NCBI GenBank assembly: GCA_016840855.1
Contig: JAEORO010000062.1
Span: forward strand, 1 to 10,937
DNA: 10,937 nucleotides
Reading direction: 5' to 3'
Source of the DNA: Candidatus Thorarchaeota archaeon
Lineage (GTDB): Archaea; Asgardarchaeota; Thorarchaeia; Thorarchaeales; Thorarchaeaceae
This document shows positions 6,939 to 10,937 of this stretch, in pieces. The notes beneath the pieces are model-generated. The model was given only the letters and a program-made list of their open reading frames with translations. It ran no database searches and was not told the origin of the DNA. The translations under genes and the position numbers were made by a program. How positions within the stretch are numbered: the first letter of the stretch is position 1; each line of letters starts with the position of its first letter.

Positions 6939-7991
6939 CTAAATCCATCTCTTTCGTCTGAAATATATTGCTAGAGTGGTTCCTAGGAAACCCATTGTAA
7001 TTAGCAAGAGAGGATAGCTCCAAGGAATATCCAATTCAGGCATGAATCTGAAGTTCATTCCATATATACTGGCAATCAAAGTAAGAGGTATGAATATTGT
7101 AGATATCACAGTTAATACTTTCATTACTTCGTTTAGTCTATTACTTACACTTGAGAGATAGATGTCCATTATCTCGGTGAGTGTTTCTCGATATGTTTCT
7201 AGGAGATCATTAACCTGAATAACATGGTCATTTAGGTCTCTGAGATACATTTGAGTAGTTTCTTTAATCAAGCTCGTACCCTCACGAAGTAATCTAGAGG
7301 ATATGTCCCTGATTGGCCAGATGCTTCTTCTCAGCGTGATAATATCTCGTTTCAGAACGTGAATCTCTTGTAGTGTTTCATTTGTTGGGACTTCTACAAC
7401 TTCATCCTCAAGCACTTCAATTCTTTCACTGATTTCATCTAATATTACAAAATAGTGATCGGTGACTAAATCAAAAAGTGAGTAAGCAAGGTAATCTGAA
7501 CCATCCTTTCTGATTCTTCCGAGGCTATTTGATATCCGATTCTTAATTTGATTAAAGAGTGGTTTTTCAGACTCTTGAAAAGATAAGAGATAATTCTCTC
7601 CAAGAAGGAAACTTAGTTGCTCTGAAACCAAAATCTTGTCTTCACTATCATACTCAAATGCTCTGAGGATGACAAAGATTGAATTTGAGAGTAATTCTAC
7701 CTTTGGGTTTTGATGAGTATGAACAATATCTTCAAGAATGAGAGGGTGAATTCCAAAGTTCGACCCAATACTCTGAATTAGCTCGATATCGTGAACTCCC
7801 TGAACATGAATCCATCGTACCATATCGGTCTGTTGTGATGGGACACATTCAGTACAAGAGGCTGGCTTCTTTTCATTGAAATTCGCTTGGTTGAATTCAA
7901 TAATTGTGATTATTGGTTCATGGGTTAGCTTTCTCCCAGTATGAAGCAATGTTCCAGGAGGCTGACCAACCTTTGCCTTATACCCATCCAT
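6939..7991 (-). CDS. corA: Magnesium/cobalt transporter CorA
   Basis: YGMNF signature, MPEL loop, two C-terminal TM helices, and N-terminal G-x-PPGTL and IHPLILED motifs. Confidence 0.96.
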   Translation of the reverse strand: MDGYKAKVGQPPGTLLHTGRKLTHEPIITIIEFNQANFNEKKPASCTECVPSQQTDMVRWIHVQGVHDIELIQSIGSNFGIHPLILEDIVHTHQNPKVELLSNSIFVILRAFEYDSEDKILVSEQLSFLLGENYLLSFQESEKPLFNQIKNRISNSLGRIRKDGSDYLAYSLFDLVTDHYFVILDEISERIEVLEDEVVEVPTNETLQEIHVLKRDIITLRRSIWPIRDISSRLLREGTSLIKETTQMYLRDLNDHVIQVNDLLETYRETLTEIMDIYLSSVSNRLNEVMKVLTVISTIFIPLTLIASIYGMNFRFMPELDIPWSYPLLLITMGFLGTTLAIYFRRKRWI

Positions 7992-8085
7992 TTTTTCATC
8001 CTTTTCTTACAGCACTTACGAGCTTATTGATATTCGCATATTGATTGACCCTAGTACTTAATTCAGGATTATTTTCCATATACAA

Positions 8086-8625
8086 GTGATGAAACGTGTA
8101 TTGATTCTTGGCCCCAGTGGTTCCGGAAAGTCAACATTAGGCGAAAGACTCGGTAGAATTCTTCGTCTTCCCATCATTCACTTGGATCGGTATTATTGGA
8201 AACCGAATTGGATTGACACACCAGAAGAAGAGTGGCAAGTTATAGTTAAGGAATTAATCAATTCGGACTCGTGGGTCATGGATGGCAATTATACATCAAC
8301 TCTCAAGCTTCGTGCTACTGTAGCAGATACTATCATTTTCATTGATATTCCGCGAAGACTTTCATTTCTTCGTGTATTTTTTAGATTTTTCAGATTTCGG
8401 GGTAGGACAAGACCAGATCTTACTGAAGATTGTCCAGAGAAAATTGATTGGGATTTCATCAGATGGATTTGGGATTATCCACGTACTCGAAAACCTGCCA
8501 TTCTAAGATTCTTGGAGAAGTTGAAACCAGCAAAGAATGTGATAGTCCTTCGAGGACAGAAAGAGGTCGAGGTATTCCTGGATTCTATTAGAAAAGGTAA
8601 AGATTATCGCGATGGTCGGACTTGA
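8086..8625 (+). CDS. FlaR/topology-modulation-like P-loop NTPase (nucleotide kinase fold)
   Basis: Walker A GPSGSGKST, HLD-x-YYWKPNW, WVMDGNY and GRTRPDL-x-EDCPEK-x-DW, typical of the FlaR-like family. Confidence 0.88.
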   Translation: MMKRVLILGPSGSGKSTLGERLGRILRLPIIHLDRYYWKPNWIDTPEEEWQVIVKELINSDSWVMDGNYTSTLKLRATVADTIIFIDIPRRLSFLRVFFRFFRFRGRTRPDLTEDCPEKIDWDFIRWIWDYPRTRKPAILRFLEKLKPAKNVIVLRGQKEVEVFLDSIRKGKDYRDGRT

Positions 8626-8923
8626 ATCGGGAACTGATTTCCTTCAAAAATAGTATATGAGCACTCTTTTATAAGGAGAGATTTGTATAAGGAAATGATT
8701 GAGAGATTAAGTGAGGATTGTCTTCAGTTATTTCTTGTAGTGATTAATTGAGTTGTTGTTGCATTGAATGATGCAACACAAGACGGGGTTATTCTGTAAT
8801 AAACCGAATTTCCTGCTTTGCCACTTAACCCAATTCAAAGCTGATGAGAATGATAGAAGAGTAACTAACGATGGATGTGTGATTGGATAAAAGTGGGAAA
8901 GAGGTTGCTAAGGTGAGAGAAAT

Positions 8924-9874
8924 ATGACAGATATGGTTAGAATCAGAAAGAGAGATGAAAACAAAGGAAATGCGTGTTTAAACTGTGGAGGGACTTTGTT
9001 TACAGAGGATTATGTCCGTGGAGAGAACATCTGTACTTCATGTGGACTTGTGTTGTCTGAGCATACAGCCGACAGTGGACCAGAATGGAGAGCATTCACT
9101 ACAGAAGAAAGGAATGCAAGAGCCAGAGTTGGAGCACCAATGACTCTCACTATAGCTGACAGAGGTCTTTCGACTACAATTGGTTGGCAAAATAAGGACG
9201 CAAATGGTAGGGCACTTACAAGCACAACACGTGCAGCTATCTACAGAATGCGAAAATGGCATATCAGAAGTAAGCTTCATAGCTCTCAACACAGAAACCT
9301 TAGTATTGCTATGAGTGAGATGGAAAGAATCTCATCGCAACTTGGAATTCCACGTGATGTTAGAGAAACTGCGGCACTGATGTATAGAAAAGCTCTATCA
9401 AAGAGGCTTGTAAGGGGGAGAAGTATTGAATCTGTAGTTGCTTCATCAGTTTACCTTGCTTGTCGGATTCACAGGATTCCAAGACGGCTTGACGAAGTTG
9501 TGGCTGAAACTAATGCTAATAGGAAACAGGTCGGTTATGCAGTTCGTCTAATTGTTTCTCGAATTAACATTGATGTGCCATTGGCTTCTGCGAAAGACCT
9601 GATTCCAAGATTGTCATCTGATCTTCTTCTTGAGGGGAGAACAGTGAAGAAAGCTACTGAGATAATCAAGAACGCTGAGGAAAGATTTGTAACAATAGGA
9701 AAGGACCCTGGCGGAATTGCAGGGGCTGCACTCTACATAGCTGGAATTTTAGAAGAAGATAGGCGTACTCAGAGAGAGATAGCCAATGTTTCACGAGTAA
9801 CAGAAGTCACAATTCGTAATCGTTACAAAGAACTTATTCGTGTTCTTAGAATCTCAATCAATAATAATTCATAA
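8924..9874 (+). CDS. tfb: Archaeal transcription initiation factor IIB (TFB)
   Basis: Zn ribbon CLNC...CTSC, B-reader GPEWRAF, two cyclin repeats (VRGRSIES, GKDP), HTH TQREIA...TEVTIRNRYKEL; GGTGA ribosome-binding site upstream. Confidence 0.97.
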   Translation: MTDMVRIRKRDENKGNACLNCGGTLFTEDYVRGENICTSCGLVLSEHTADSGPEWRAFTTEERNARARVGAPMTLTIADRGLSTTIGWQNKDANGRALTSTTRAAIYRMRKWHIRSKLHSSQHRNLSIAMSEMERISSQLGIPRDVRETAALMYRKALSKRLVRGRSIESVVASSVYLACRIHRIPRRLDEVVAETNANRKQVGYAVRLIVSRINIDVPLASAKDLIPRLSSDLLLEGRTVKKATEIIKNAEERFVTIGKDPGGIAGAALYIAGILEEDRRTQREIANVSRVTEVTIRNRYKELIRVLRISINNNS

Positions 9875-9933
9875 TAGGATTGTCTTCCAGTTTAGCATTG
9901 ATTGAATTTGTGATTTGGTAGTCCTAGGATTGT

Positions 9934-9944
9934 AAGAAAAGAAA
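9934..9944 (-). terminator. Oligo-T terminator candidate of tRNA-Tyr
   Basis: TTTCTTTTCTT directly follows the CCA on the minus strand. Confidence 0.5.
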
Positions 9945-10051
9945 TGGTCGGGACGGCCGGATTTGAACCGGCAACAAACGGATCTACAGTCCGTGGCTCT
10001 GCCAGATTTCCCAGAGATCGTCGAAACGATACTCCTTTGAGCTACGTCCCG
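9945..10051 (-). tRNA. tRNA-Tyr (anticodon GTA) with ~30-nt D-loop insertion (non-canonical intron), CCA encoded
   Basis: Minus strand: acceptor CGGGACG/CGTCCCG (C1:G72, A73), D-stem GCTC/GAGC, anticodon arm ACGGA-CTGTAGA-TCCGT (GTA at 9987-9985), T-arm GCCGG-TTCAAAT-CCGGC. Length is 107 nt because the D-loop is 39 nt. Confidence 0.94.
10007..10036 (-). other. Putative non-canonical tRNA intron at position 15/16
   Basis: AGGAGTATCGTTTCGACGATCTCTGGGAAA forms a hairpin (GGAG/CTCT, ATCGT-TTCG-ACGAT). Removing it restores the standard D-loop AATCTGGCA. Boundaries are ambiguous by 1-2 nt within A runs. Confidence 0.8.
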
Positions 10052-10076
10052 TGCAGTTCGATTGCATCGCTGATAG

Positions 10077-10084
10077 CAATAAAA
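10077..10084 (-). promoter_or_regulatory. Putative TATA box of tRNA-Tyr
   Basis: TTTTATTG on the minus strand, 26-33 nt upstream of tRNA position 1. Confidence 0.45.
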
Positions 10085-10187
10085 GGATTACTCAGCGTTC
10101 ACATTCATGTTGCAGATTAATCCAGCCTGAAAGAGTGGGTATTTAGGTTCCTTAACTGCGTGCATACTACACTCTTGGTGAGATTAA

Positions 10188-10937
10188 ATGAGCTTTCATG
10201 TAGTTATAGCAGAAACAGAGGAAGACTGGGATTTTTTCTTCAAATTGAGTTATGAAACCCTGAAGACTTTGCGAAAAAACATGCATGAAAAGCTAGTGGA
10301 GGAAAATCCTAGAAAGTCTGATGAAGAACTCCAGAAGCTAAGCAGAAAAGAGATGGAAGACTATTTCGACTTCAATGACTCAACATCAAGAGTTTTCATT
10401 GTGAAACAGGAAGAAGACATGTCATGTGGGTATCTTTGGATGGGGTTAAGAAATAGTAGTGACCCGTGGGACGTTCATAAGCCTCAGTGGATCTACGATA
10501 TTGTTGTGGTTCCTGAGTTTCAGAGAAATGGACTGGGTAAGATGTTGATGATAACTGCTGAAGATTTCAGTAGAGAATTGGATCTCAACATTGGGTTGTT
10601 TGTCCATGCAGACAATGAAAGTGCGCTGTCGCTTTACAAAAAGATTGGATATAATGTGAAAACTATACCAATCTCAAAGAGGCTGAATCAAGAGATATTT
10701 GATTCAAAAGCCAGTTCCAAATTTTTAATTCGGAATGAGCAGAAGATAGATGATGTCCGAACATTTGAACTTGAACAATTCAAGAGAAAGGTGGTGTTCT
10801 CGCTGGATGTTGAAGACAAGATAATAAAAGACATGTATGAAGACTACTTCAGTAACTATACAAATGATTCAAAGAATCATGTAAGACTGGAAGCAGTCAC
10901 TGAAGATGAAACATTAATGGGTTCAATTTGGGTAGGA
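10188..10937 (+). CDS. GNAT family N-acetyltransferase, probably tandem GNAT domains (3'-partial, absent from the ORF track)
   Basis: ATG 10188 after GGTGA; frame is open to the window end. MSFHVVIAETEEDW...GYLW...IYDIVVVPEFQRNGLGKMLM (motif A)...LFVHADNESALSLYKKIGY (motif B); a second domain appears to begin near GSIWVG. Confidence 0.9.
   Translation, partial: MSFHVVIAETEEDWDFFFKLSYETLKTLRKNMHEKLVEENPRKSDEELQKLSRKEMEDYFDFNDSTSRVFIVKQEEDMSCGYLWMGLRNSSDPWDVHKPQWIYDIVVVPEFQRNGLGKMLMITAEDFSRELDLNIGLFVHADNESALSLYKKIGYNVKTIPISKRLNQEIFDSKASSKFLIRNEQKIDDVRTFELEQFKRKVVFSLDVEDKIIKDMYEDYFSNYTNDSKNHVRLEAVTEDETLMGSIWVG

Noticed and set aside
8768-8845. Possible C/D-box sRNA (ATGATGC ... CTGA)
   Set aside because: Imperfect C box, no clear internal D'/C' boxes or terminal stem, and longer than typical archaeal C/D guides.
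6123-9292. Antisense ORFs 6123..6338, 9010..9225 and 9038..9292 (the last Cys-rich)
   Set aside because: Shadows of the DUF6144-like and tfb genes; the Cys richness comes from reverse-complemented ACA/GCA codons.
1-10937. CRISPR array, IS element or rRNA
   Set aside because: No regularly spaced repeats, transposase ORF, terminal inverted repeats or rRNA-like sequence were seen.

Overview
AT-rich archaeal chromosomal window, shown by a full-length TFB, a tRNA-Tyr with the archaeal/eukaryal C1:G72 pair, TATA-like promoters and GGTGA/GAGGTG ribosome-binding sites. The lineage cannot be fixed from the sequence alone; an Asgard-like origin is only a guess. Most of the window is ordinary genes: thioesterase, hemerythrin, DinB, double-SIS protein, HEAT-repeat protein, SDR, a Cys-rich DUF6144-like protein, CorA, a FlaR-like P-loop kinase, TFB and a partial tandem GNAT. 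Two tRNA loci stand out. (1) tRNA-Asp(GTC) at 113-190 has its 3' three-quarters repeated exactly 1571 bp downstream. Each copy is followed, in the same ungapped register, by a different divergent paralog (27/79 aa identical) of a small coiled-coil plus two-TM membrane protein, giving an integrase-less, tRNA-anchored cassette arrangement. (2) tRNA-Tyr(GTA) at 9945-10051 (-) carries a ~30-nt hairpin insertion in the D-loop with a relaxed bulge-helix-bulge motif, i.e. a non-canonical intron near position 15/16, and has no canonical 37/38 intron.
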